A stretch of 64,000 nucleotides of DNA from Callorhinchus milii (lineage: Eukaryota). The stretch is from the NCBI RefSeq assembly GCF_018977255.1, contig NW_024704742.1, positions 29,142,001 through 29,206,000 on the forward strand, written 5' to 3'. The position numbers and the translations under genes were made by a program. The notes under the pieces are model-generated. The model was given only the letters and a program-made list of their open reading frames with translations, was not told where the DNA came from and did no database searches. Positions 1 through 10,542 of the stretch are shown here, one piece after another. Each line of letters starts with the position of its first letter. Within the stretch, counting starts at the first letter, position 1.

Positions 1-141
1 TGATTGCAGAAATTTCCTACAAAATACAGTCACTGTACTTTACGGTAAATCCTGTGAAGCTCTTTGAGACTGTCAAGTGCTCCGGGATGCTACCCTGCAG
101 GAAGGTTGCTACATAAATGCAAGTTGATGCTGTTGTTGACT

Positions 142-285
142 AACAACCGGGTTCCTACTTACTGCTAGGTAAATAGAGGCATGTGGAGTAAGGAAATTTG
201 TCGAACGTTTCGCCCTGCCCGGGAATTGAACCCAGGTCCTTTCACTTGTGTGGCGCGTTCTCTAACTACTAAGCTACAGGACTCG
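142..285 (-). mobile_element. tRNA-derived SINE, 5' part (variant with the 'tttacctagcagtaagtaggaacccgg' segment)
   Basis: Reverse complement gives gagtcctgtagcttagtagttagagaacgc...gggttcaattcccgggcagggcgaaac (pol III A/B-box-like head), matching the SINE copies at 23988 and 58602. Confidence 0.8.
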
Positions 286-306
286 AAGTATTATTATTTA
301 TACTTC

Positions 307-1100
307 AGAACACTGACAGCGTCACCATCCACGGATGCACACACCACCTTGCTAAGCCAGTCCGGAACCTTGGCATCTATTTGACACTCAACTATCCTTT
401 CTACCCCACATCTGTGCCATGACCCGCTCTGCCTTCCCCCAGCTCTGCAACTTTGCCCGGCTCTGTCATTGTCTAACACCGCAGGCCCCCAAGACCCTCA
501 TACACGCATTCATAACATCCAGGCTCGACTATGCAAACTCCCTACTTGTCAGCCTTCCCAGCTCCTTCCTCCTTCGGCTGCAGATCATCCAGAACTCTGC
601 AGCCCATGTTCTTTCCCGCACCAGGCTCCGCGACCCTATCACCCCCATCCTCGCCCGACTCCACTGGCTTCCCATCACACAGAGGATACAGTTCAAGATC
701 CTGGTCCTCACCTTCAAAGCCCTCCATGGCCTTGCTCCCCCCTACATCTGCGACCTCCTAATCCCCTACCAACTTACCCACTCCCTCCACTCAACGGGCT
801 TCGGCCTGTTCACGTCCCCGCCTCGCCCGCCCCACCATTGGCGGGCGGGCTTTCTGCCACTCTGCCCTCACCCTCTGGAACTCCATCCCACAGTCCCTCC
901 ACCTTGCACCCTCCCTTGCTTCCTTCAAGACCCATCTAAAGACCCTCCTCTTCGACCATGCTTTGGTTACCCTCTTCCCCCCCTGCCCCCACCCACCCTG
1001 ATCCCAACCCCAGCTCGGGTCCAGAACATTTATTGTCCAGTGCCTTGGGGCATCCTCCTGACATGAAAGGCGCTATACAAATGTAACTTTGTTGTTGTTA
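307..1100 (+). mobile_element. L2-clade LINE, 5'-truncated 3' fragment (RT C-terminal region plus tail)
   Basis: ORF 419-1066 has LIHAFITSRLDYANSLL, LQIIQNSAA, ITPILARLHWLP, IQFKILVLTFKALHGLAPPY, typical of L2 ORF2; ends gaaaggcgctatacaaatg...(ttg)n. Confidence 0.92.
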
Positions 1101-1735
1101 TTATCATTTACAAGATCACAAGACAGGTTCAGATGAAGAAGGCATTTCAGCCCATTAAACCTCAACCTTCCAGAGAGTTACTGTCAGGATTTCCCACAAG
1201 GAAGCTGAAGCTTATTGTAAACCAGCACTTCTTAGTCTCTATTGTAAAATGGTTCAGGGAAGTAGTGAAGAACTGAGTTCAGAGCAGTTAGTTCCTGTTG
1301 GTTGAGCTGGTACCAGTTAAGGCTTGATGAACTGAATATCCCTTGCAATGCTGACATTTTTAAGTTTCAACCGCAAAGCATTGCTGTGATAGTGGAGCCA
1401 TTTAAGAAAAAAATCCTCACCTCTCCGTCCGTTCCCCTATTCCCCGCATCCGCCTCCACCCCCACCCTCCACACCCACTCCGATTGCTCTCATGTTGTCA
1501 CCAACAATACATCCATCTCTCACTGACTTCTTATGCCAGAGAGTAGCACAGAGTGAAGGTGGCTATCAATCAGACTGCTCTCCATCACTACTGTTACATT
1601 ACTTGTGCCAGTCCTGAGCAAAAACTCTTCTCCCTGAACAGAATGTGCAATCAGCAACACACTGTCAGTCAGGCCCATGATGGTATTGCTATTCAGATGT
1701 ATCAGCTTCTCACACTCTGAACCTGCCTCCCTTAC

Positions 1736-1796
1736 CGTTTACCATCACTTCCTCCAACAAAAAAATTAGTCCGTTTCATGGCATCAGGAGAAACAT
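1736..1796 (-). CDS. Possible 61-nt internal exon (xVSPDAMKRTNFFVGGSDGKR), unassigned
   Basis: Minus strand: tttggattcag acceptor, CG|gtaagg donor, open frame; no recognisable homology. Confidence 0.25.
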
Positions 1797-1814
1797 CTGA
1801 ATCCAAATAATACT

Positions 1815-2190
1815 AATAATCCTTGCATTTGATATAGCGCCTTATCAAGACGTCGAAATGTCTTAAAGCTTCACAGAATAGACCGCAATGTGAATTGACT
1901 GCGTATATTGTGGGCACTGCTAATTGCGTACAGCAGTGTCCCAGTCATGGATTCAGTGACCAAATTATTATTATTTATTTACTTTTAATTTGAAGGGATT
2001 ATTACCCCCAGAAAGCGATCCACCAATCGACTAGCAACTGGATTCTTACTTACTGCTAGATAAACAGAGGGTTGTGAAGTAAGGAAACTTGCCTAAGGTT
2101 TCGCCCTGTCCGGGAATCGAACCCCAGGAATCAAACCCCGGTCTTCTCGCTTGCTAGGCCAGTGCTCTTACCATTAGTCCACATGACTCC
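1815..2190 (-). mobile_element. tRNA/Deu-type SINE, diverged full-length copy
   Basis: taataatccttgcatttgatatagcgc tail through gtaaggaaacttgcctaaggtttcgccctg head. Confidence 0.85.
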
Positions 2191-2329
2191 ATTTCAAAGA
2201 AACAGAAAGAGAAAAAGATAATGAAAAGAAGCACCACAAATACAAGTACTTGGCAGCTGCTGGTTCAGGGAAAAAGGATGTAAATCCCTACTCTGTCAGC
2301 ACATGAAAGTCCCAACTTGCATTTTTACT

Positions 2330-2600
2330 TGTATCTTATGAGATGCAAACCATCACAAATCACTTCACAGATAACTGCTCTGATGTGTAGTAACTGTTTA
2401 TGAAGGCAACTGCAGCAACAATTTGCACACAGCACACATCAGTTCTACAAAGAGCCGTGAGGTGAATGACCAATTTATCTGGAGGATTGTTGGTCATGAC
2501 ATCAGGAGAAGCTACCTTCTGTTTTCAAATTGTTGTTGGATCTTTAGCATCCACCTGAAAACAGGCAGACCTTGGTTTAACATTTCGTCTGAAAGATGGA
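2330..2600 (-). mobile_element. Older Deu-domain SINE (SacSINE/AmnSINE-like), decayed
   Basis: caatttgcacacagc...tgaatgacca...ggatctttagcatccacctgaa...ccttggtttaacatttcgtctgaaagatgg, matching the other old copies in the window. Confidence 0.7.
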
Positions 2601-3049
2601 CAAGAAGGTTGTTGACTACAACTTGAGCATGTTTCAGAGCCTCTGCAAATACTCAGGAACTGCTGGTTTAGAAAAACACTAGGTCTGCAGGGAGCATATT
2701 GAAAAACATGTCAGTCTCTGTAATATCATTGCAGTGCAGGAGCTTACTGACTGAGCTGACAACGTGCCTCAGGGCTTCCACCCATCCAGGAATGTTGGGT
2801 GCAGCTGTGCAACTGAGAATTCAACCCAACAGATAAATCTTGTTTTAAAAATAACTGCAAACGTGGGATGAGAGTCTCAGTGCTAGAGGATCAACGTGCA
2901 GAGCCATAAGATAAAGGGGTAAGATATTTGAAGCCCCCAGCTGAACTACTGATCTTAAGATGCACCAAATGAGTAGGCACTGAACAAAGGTTTAAGTCAG
3001 GCATTTCCGACAAGAGTTGAGGAAATGTGGAAAGTGAACAGCCACTCCT

Positions 3050-3305
3050 GTGGCGCAATGTCAGAGGTTCTGTCCTTTTGGTGAGACATTAAAGCAAGGT
3101 ACCAGCTGCTTGTTCTTGCGAGTCACGTGGGTGTTACAGATCCCACTGCACTTTTTTCAATGAAGAGCAGTGAATTCTCCCAATATTCCTCCCGCATTGC
3201 ATTTCACAAAACTACACAGATGTAATTTGGTCATTTATCTCAATGCTGTTCATAAAAGTTTAGTGCTGCTAGCGCAGATGAGCTGCCAACGTAACAGCTG
3301 CAGTT
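3050..3305 (+). mobile_element. Older Deu-domain SINE, decayed
   Basis: gcaatgtcagagg...gagacattaaa...gggtgttacagatcccactgcac...ggtcatttatctcaatgctgtt. Confidence 0.65.
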
Positions 3306-3514
3306 ACAATATTTCAAAGTAACCCATCAGGTAAAGCACTTCTTGATGTTCTAACCTAATAAGATGCCATGAGAAATGCGAATGTGGTTTATTATAGCTT
3401 ATTCTTACATCTTGACGGTCAATCAAAGAGCAGAGCTGGCAGAGGGAGAAGTCACTGTTGCTCTCTCTCTCATTATCAGTATAAATGTGGAAGGCATATA
3501 AGGGAGAGGACTTT

Positions 3515-5000
3515 GTCTGAATGTACATCCATGCATGGTAACATCGGGAGGACTCCCAAGACGCTGGACAGACAGAGTTTCAGACCTGAACTGGGGGTCG
3601 GGGAGGGTGGAGGGCAGGGGGGGAAGCGGGGAGATCGAAAGCACGGTCGAAGAGGAGGTTCTTGAGGTGGGTCTTGAAGGTGGCAAGGGAGGGGGCAAGA
3701 TGGAGGGACTGCAGGATGGAGTTCCAGAGGGTGGGGGTAGAGTACCGGAAGGCCTGCCCGGCCGATAGTGTGGTGAGCAAGGCGGGGGATCTGAAGCACA
3801 CCGGAGCCCGCTGAGCGGAGGGAGTGAACAGGATGGTAGGGGGTTAGGAGGTCGGAGAGGTAGGGGGGAGCAAGACCATGGAGGGCTTTGAAGGTGACGA
3901 CCAAGATCTTGAACTGTATCCTCTGTGTGATGGGAAGCCCGTGGAGTTGGGCAACAATGGGGCTGATAGAGTTGCAGAGCCTAGTATAGGAGAAGACACG
4001 GGTTGCAGAGTTCTGGATGATCTGCAGCCTGTGGAGGGAGGAGTTGGGGAAGCCGACAAGCAATGAGTTTGTATAGTCGAGCTTCTATGTAATGAAGATG
4101 TGTATGAGGGATTTGGCGGCCTGCGGTGTGGGACAGTGTCAGAGCCGGGCGACGTTTCGGAGGTGGGGGAAGGTAGAGCGGGTAATGGCGCAGATGTGGA
4201 GTAGAAAGGAAAGTTGAGGGTCAAACAAGACCCCAATGTTCCGGACTGGCTTAGTAAGGTGGAATGTGCAACCATACATGGTAATGCTGTCAGCGCCTGA
4301 GGTGAGGAGGCGCTGACCGGAGCCAATCAGGAGAGCCTCGGTCTTGTTGATGTTCAACTGAAGAAAATTAGCTCTATCCAGGACTTGATGTCTGACAGAC
4401 ATTCTGTCAGCACAGCAGTGGTCCTGGAGTCAAGGGTGGAGGCAGAGAGGTAGAGTTGGGTGTCATCCGCATACAACAACAACAACAAGATTCCATTTAT
4501 AGAGCGCCTTTCACGTCAGGAGGACGTCCCAAGGCGCTGCACAGTTGGGTCATGACCCGAGCAGGGGGGAAATGGTCAGGGTGAGGGGAGGGAAGGGAGG
4601 GAGAGAGGAGGGGGGAAATGGTCAGGGTGAGGGGAGGGAAGGGAGGGAGCGAGGAGGAGGAAGAGAGTCGAGAGGGGAGCTGAAGGCACGGTCAAAGAGA
4701 AAGGTTTTGAGACCGGCCTTGAAGGAGGAAAGGGAGGAGGCGGCGAAGGCACTGGGGATGGAGTTCCAGAGCCTCGGGGCTGAGAGGCTGAAGGCCCGAC
4801 CACCGATAGTAGGGCGGTTGGGGCGGGGGACGTGGAGCAGACCGGAGCCAGAGGAACGGAGGTTACGGGCAGGTAGGTAGGGGGAATACATGTGGAAGTT
4901 GACTCCATGTCTGCGGATGAAGTCACCATGAGGGAGCATATAGATATGGAAGAGGAGGGGACCAAGGACAGAGCCCTGAGGAACACCACACGAGACGGCA
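3515..5000 (-). mobile_element. L2 LINE RT-to-3' end fragment, interrupted by a nested L2 at 4476-4885
   Basis: Minus-strand peptides [88 protein letters not shown]. Confidence 0.93.
4476..4885 (-). mobile_element. Younger L2 3' fragment nested in the L2 above, with 5-bp TSD ATACA
   Basis: Peptide [17 protein letters not shown]...[17 protein letters not shown]...[10 protein letters not shown]; (caa)n tail on the + strand; ATACA at 4471-4475 and 4886-4890. Confidence 0.88.
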
Positions 5001-5009
5001 TTCCTCAGC

Positions 5010-5386
5010 AACAAGGTTTCGACAGGCTAGATAAGGAAAAGCTATTTCCGCTGGTAGGTGTATCTGTGACCCGTGGTCATAGTCTTAAGATATCTACCAA
5101 AAGAAGCAGAGTGGAGGTTAGAAGAATTTTTTTCACTCAGCGAGTTGTTCGAATTTGGAATGATCTGCCTGAAAGGGTAGTGAAGTCCGATTCGATAACA
5201 GCTTTTAAGAGAGAACTGGATAGGTATCTCGGGAAGACGGGTTTGCAGAGTTATGGGGAGAAAACTGGTGATTGGGGTTAGTGAAAGTGACTTGCTCTGT
5301 CAAAGAGCCGGCACAGACTCGATGGGCCGAATGGCCTCCTTCTGTGCCGTAACATTCTATGAATCTATGAATCTATGACTCTATGA
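5010..5386 (+). mobile_element. CR1-clade LINE 3' end
   Basis: [13 protein letters not shown]...TRGHSLKI...FFTQRVVRIWNDLPERVV...FKRELD; 3'UTR gatgggccgaatggcctccttctgtg followed by (ATTCTATG)-like octamer tail. Confidence 0.93.
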
Positions 5387-5759
5387 AACAAAAGCATAGA
5401 GGAGGTTTTTGGTCATGTTGGAGATGTAGTAGAGTTGTAAGTGGTAATGTTCCAGAGATGGAAGAAGGTGGCCTTGATCAAGGACCAGACGGACCAGTTT
5501 GAAAGAAAGTTGAGGATCAAACAAAACTCTGTCAGCCACAGCTAGCAACCAAAAGTCACTAAAACACATGAGATATAGATATCAGTAAATAGATACATAA
5601 ATAAATGGATATCACAAGTAAGGAAAGCAAAACAGAAGAAAAAAGTCAAAGTATAAAGTGTGATTGATTTCTTCAATATTCATCAGGCAATAACCGGATA
5701 CTTTTTTTTGTTTTGACACATGAGGAAACCCAATATCAACAGCTTAAGAGTCTCCAAAC

Positions 5760-5975
5760 TAAACCATGCAGGAGAGTTCAATGCCTGCTGCCTCCATATG
5801 GGAATTCCCAAGTCTGGAATGCAATGCGCATTCTCTCCCTGGAGGGATGCACACTGCTTACCTAATTCCAAAGCATATTAGGTACAGGTTGGCAAGAGCC
5901 AAGGCTTGGGAACCCCAGAGTGTGGGTGGGTACTGCTGGAGTTTAACCAGATAAAACCACATAGCTTGTCATTGC
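5760..5975 (+). repeat. Unclassified old dispersed repeat, copy 1
   Basis: Shares ggaatgcaatgcgcattctctccctggagggatgc...ccaaggctt...tactgctggagtttaaccag-taaaac with 41820-42065, 47850-48135 and 52410-52760. Confidence 0.75.
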
Positions 5976-7167
5976 AAAAAAAAACCAATAATATCTTGGT
6001 CACTCAATCTATGAGTGTTTGTGGGACACTGCTATGCGCAATTGGTTACCGGGTTTCGCCCACAAAATATGCAATCAATTCACTTTACAATATATTCTGT
6101 AAAGCAAACGATTGCAGTAAGCAAAAAATAACGCACTAATGGTAAAATACATAACAAAACTAACATCCTGGGAATTCGGTAGCATTTAATGGTCATAGCT
6201 GTTTTTGTTAAACATAATGTTTCCTGGAATGGTGCAATTTACAGAGTGCTGGAAATTATTTTTTAAATATAAGAATGAGGAGGGAATGTACAAATGCCTT
6301 TCAGGTAATTTGCTCTTGATTGCATTCAGAAGGTGCAACACAACCCCAGATTAGCCATTCACTGGGTAATTTGTGATTTAAGCATTGCTTTCTTTTAAAA
6401 GGACGTTGTTGAACCCTGGGATATAGAATTACATAGAATTAACAGCATCAAAACAGGCCCTTGAAATTGTTGTTTATACACCATATTAGCCCACCCCTAC
6501 TCTCACTCCCCTTCCCTTGACTCCTCCATACCTCCCTATTCCCTTCTTGTTGGGGTGAAAAATACAGTCTTCCTAAGCAAATTTCATTCCTTAATTAACA
6601 TACTTACTGAAGTAAGGAACGTTTTATCTATTTGCTGGAAATTGTCCTTAACATCTCAAGCACCTTAAAATATCTTGAAAGCTGTTTGGTTTGGATACTC
6701 TTAAGCATAATAATGGGTTTCCACACGTGTCAGATACCTGGCTGACCAAAATAAAACTGAAAGCATATCCTTAAACCCTGTCCTTGTTGACAGGTCTGAG
6801 AGTGAACAGCACTCTCCCAAATTCTGCAGAATGGTTTCACCCATAGGTTCAGCAGGTTCAATATTGGTACCAATTATTTTTCTAGCAAGAAAGTGACCAC
6901 CTTTATTCCTGACACTTTGGCACTGTTTCATTGATACGTGTGAGAAAAACTGAAGAAAATTATTTTTCTAAATTGTTAGCTTCCAATAAAATTTCACTGA
7001 TTTAATTTGAAATTCTACATGGGTGTCCCCCCACACCATAGTCTGAATATTCGATACACATTGAAAGTACCTTCCTCAGTCTGAGAGTAATACGAGGAAG
7101 CATACTCCCGTAAGACTTGAAATTCCACCTAGAGTTAGCCTGAAGGAGTATTTTGCCTTAAAATGTA

Positions 7168-7362
7168 CAGCAACAAATTGCATTTATACAGTGCCTTTCA
7201 TGTTAGGAGGACGTCCCAAGGCGCTGGACGGCAAAGGGTTTACACCCGAGCTGGGGGCTGGAGTCAAGACGGATGGAGGGCAAACAGGGTGGAGGTGAGA
7301 AGATGACTGAAGGAATGGTCGATGAGGAAGGCCTTGAGACAGGCCTTGAAGGAGGCAAGGGT
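7168..7362 (-). mobile_element. L2 3' tail fragment
   Basis: caacaaattgcatttatacagtgcctttcatgttaggaggacgtcccaaggcgc...gccttgaaggaggcaagg. Confidence 0.75.
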
Positions 7363-7970
7363 GGATTAATTCAATAATAAAAATTATTAATAACAACAAT
7401 TATGGAGAATGCTGTCTATTGTTATTAACAATAATAATTAAATTATTACAATTGCGCAGAATGGTAGAAAAGACTTAAATTCAGTCTTAATCTGAAAGCT
7501 GGTTCTTTTCACACCTTGCTTGTTTGTGGGACATTATTGTGTGCCGCATTCACTTACAGAATACACAGTCACTATGCTTCACAGTAAATCCTGGTAAGCG
7601 CTTTGAGATGTGTTCTCGATGTGAAAGGCGTTACATCAAATACAAGGACTTTTGTTAAGATAAAACACAAGAGAAATTGCATCTCTATTAAGACTGTTTC
7701 CATATTCTATCAATTTTAAGACAAAAATGGTCACTGGCTAAGATTAGAATTAATTTAAGACCCGTCATAGCTCAATTAAATAGGTCACAAGGACAAACTT
7801 CTGTTAAAATGTGCAGAAGGATATCTCAATATTTAAGTGTAAGACAGGGAATTAACCTGAAGCTAATTTGAGCATTCTCCAGTAGACAATCTGTTGAATC
7901 AATTGCACAGAAAGGGCCAACCAAATCACTAAATATTTGACATCACACAAAAGAACTAAAGAGAGAAGTG

Positions 7971-8170
7971 CTAGACGCCATCAATCAAAAATGGATTCCA
8001 GTCTTGTGACAAGCAACAATTGCAGTTTTTGATTTCCCTGGCGATTTTCCCGTTGACCAATTCAGGCAACTCAATGGCTGTCGTGTCCCAGTATGTCTCG
8101 GCTTCCCTCATGCTCACTGTGTCACCAGTAAAGGGTGCCTCCTTCAATTCTTCGATCATCAAATACTCGT
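7971..8170 (-). CDS. Probable terminal coding exon of an unidentified minus-strand gene (xEYLMIEELKEAPFTGDTVSMREAETYWDTTAIELPELVNGKIAREIKNCNCCLSQDWNPFLIDGV*)
   Basis: Strong acceptor tctgatttttttttaag, phase-1 start, 65 open codons to TAG, non-repetitive and protein-like composition. Confidence 0.6.
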
Positions 8171-8208
8171 CTTAAAAAAAAATCAGAATAGTTTAATCTG
8201 TTGCGATT

Positions 8209-8482
8209 ATGGGTTCAATTCCAGGCAGGGCGAAACCTTAGGCAAGTTTCCTTACTCCATACGCCTAATAATAATCCCACCAAAACCAAAAACAATAATA
8301 AATTGGTCATTTTCAATCTACAACTGTTTGTGGGACATTGCTGTGCGCAATTGGCTGCCGCGTTCGCCCACAAATATACAGTCAATTCACTTTACAGTGT
8401 GTTCTGTGAAGCGCTTTGGGACGTCCTCTCGACGTGAAAAGTGCTATAACAAATGCAAGGATTATTATTATTATTATTATTG
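8209..8482 (+). mobile_element. Young tRNA/Deu SINE, 5'-truncated
   Basis: gggttcaattccaggcagggcgaaac...ctgtttgtgggacattgctgtgcgcaattggctgccgcgttcgccc...aaatgcaaggattattatt. Confidence 0.92.
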
Positions 8483-8629
8483 TTGAAACAATGCGCTTCC
8501 CAGATCATTCCACCTGTGGAATTCCTACCAAGCACTCGGAGACGCCATCCGGCGTGGAGGTCGCTATATAAATCCAAGTTGTTGTTGTTGTTGTTGCTGT
8601 GCTTGGCTTCAAGAAAGGAAAGCAAAATA

Positions 8630-8990
8630 TAATAATCCTTGCATTTGATGCGGGCCTTTCACATCGAGATGACGTCTCAAAATGTTACACAGGACACATT
8701 TTTAAGTGTAGTGACTGTCATTTCTATGTGAATATAACAGTCAAATTGTGCATAACAACATTCCACAAACAGACATCAAGTGAATGATAAATTTTAACTG
8801 GCAAATTGTTGGCTTGGTCACCGAGAGAAACTCCCTTCTGTTTTTGAATAATGCCATGAGATCTTTAACGTCCACCAGCAGACGGGACTAAAGAACAGGC
8901 AGGCGGGACCTCAGTTTAACGTCTAATCTGAAGACGGCACTTCCAACAATGCAGCGCACCCCCAGAGTGAGAGTGGTACCAACTGAATCC
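8630..8990 (-). mobile_element. Older Deu-domain SINE
   Basis: ataatccttgcatttg...gagatctttaacgtccacc...cctcagtttaacgtctaatctgaagacggcacttccaacaatgcagc. Confidence 0.75.
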
Positions 8991-9039
8991 CTCCCTCAAT
9001 CTCTCCATCTTGCCTTTCTCTGTCTGTCTTCAATTTCTG

Positions 9040-9405
9040 TAACGTAGAGGTTAAGCGCACTCGCCTCGCAAGCAAGGTACAATTCCCGTACTCCGAGTAC
9101 AATTCCCAGACAGGCCAAAATCTTAGGCAAGTTTCCTTTCACCACACTCCTCTGTTTACCTAGAAGTAAATAGGAACCCAGTTGGTAGTCAATTGGCAGA
9201 TCGCTTTCCACCAGTAATAATCCCTTCAAGAAAACAAAAATAATAATTTGGTCACTCCATCCACAACTGTTTGTGGAACACTGCTGGGCATAATTGGCTG
9301 CTGTGTTTCACCCACAAAATATATAGTATATTCTGTGAAATGCTTTGAGACATCTTAACGATGTGATAAGGTGCTATATGAAATCCAACGTATTGTTATT
9401 ATTAT
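9040..9405 (+). mobile_element. tRNA/Deu SINE, diverged long variant
   Basis: ggttaagcgcactcgcctcgcaagc...ttaggcaagtttcc...ctgtttacctagaagtaaataggaaccc...aatttggtcactc...tgctatatgaaatcc. Confidence 0.8.
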
Positions 9406-10502
9406 AAGTCACACCTCAGAACCTACCTCTTTGACTGTGCCTATGATCACCTCCCTCCCTATCTCCACACATCCCCGCCCCCCCAACTCAGCCCCCCACA
9501 CCCATGCCAGCTTGGTATCCTTCCCGCTTATTGTAAAGTGAAAGTGAAGCACTTTGCAAAATCTTGCCAAATATCTCACACCCAGCATTTTACAGTCCAT
9601 TTTCCATTGGAACAAAACTCATTGTCACATTGTGCTGAGTGAAAAATGCTTTATTTCTGTCAATAAACAATACAATCTATATAGATGTCAACACAGAGAT
9701 TAAACACACGAGTTCACACAGTTCAAATGAAATAAGGCGGCTGCCAGAAAACATCATTACAGCATGATAACGTCTGTGAGGACCATTACCAATCTGGGTT
9801 TTTGTTTCAATTGGATATCCCATTTGTCTTTTAATAGCAAAATCTATAACAGCCTGCGAGAAACTGCATTGTTCTTTCTAGTGCGAGAAATAAGAATAAC
9901 AGCGAGTGCAGATTGGCAAATCAAAACATTAGCTTGAAAGGGAAATGGGAAGGTGAGTGGAGAAAAAGGCTGTAGTCAGCACTGAAATGCTGTTTATATT
10001 GGTCTCAGTTACAGTATTTATAGCCAGGTTTCCCTTATTCTGAAGAAATCTAATTTTTAATTTTTTTTGTTGAGCCAGTACTGATTTTTTTCAGCACTGT
10101 TTATTTTATGCACCATTTATTTCGCAAATGCATCAGCTCGAGCTGCTTTTGTTACTGTGGGGTCCTTCCTACAGAAATGTAGCTCCATGGTGAAACTACA
10201 CAGTGGCGTGTGTCAGCTTGGTTCAGGTGGTAGCACACGGTTCAGACGGTTCGGAGAACAAGCTAACCCGATCCCTCCCATATTGGAGTCCCATAGCGTA
10301 GTGGCTTATGCTCCTCCTTTTTCCTTTATGCTCTTCCTTTTTTTCCCTTTCTTCTACAACTATTATACTCGACCTCCTACTATATTGATAAGGGGTCAAT
10401 GCATCTGGAGAAGAAATAGAGGAGTCAAAATGTGGTTACTGTGAATGCATTCCATGCTCTCAATGATCACCAGTACAGAAAATATGGTCAAACAAAATGT
10501 CC

Positions 10503-10542
10503 TTAAAGCCTGTCCGTAATCGAAGGTGGTGGTGAATCTGTA
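10503..10542 (-). CDS. Possible alternative terminal exon (xTDSPPPSITDRL*)
   Basis: Very strong acceptor ctttctccttcctgccttttcag; minus-strand AATAAA at 9650-9655 downstream; reading frame is ambiguous. Confidence 0.3.

Noticed and set aside
2748..2812. Minus-strand WVEALRHVV resembling a PH-domain terminal helix
   Set aside because: Spacing and upstream residues are atypical; no other PH-domain exons found
4892..5281. 129-aa ORF as a gene
   Set aside because: Chimeric: antisense L2 sequence fused by chance to a CR1 ORF2 C-terminus
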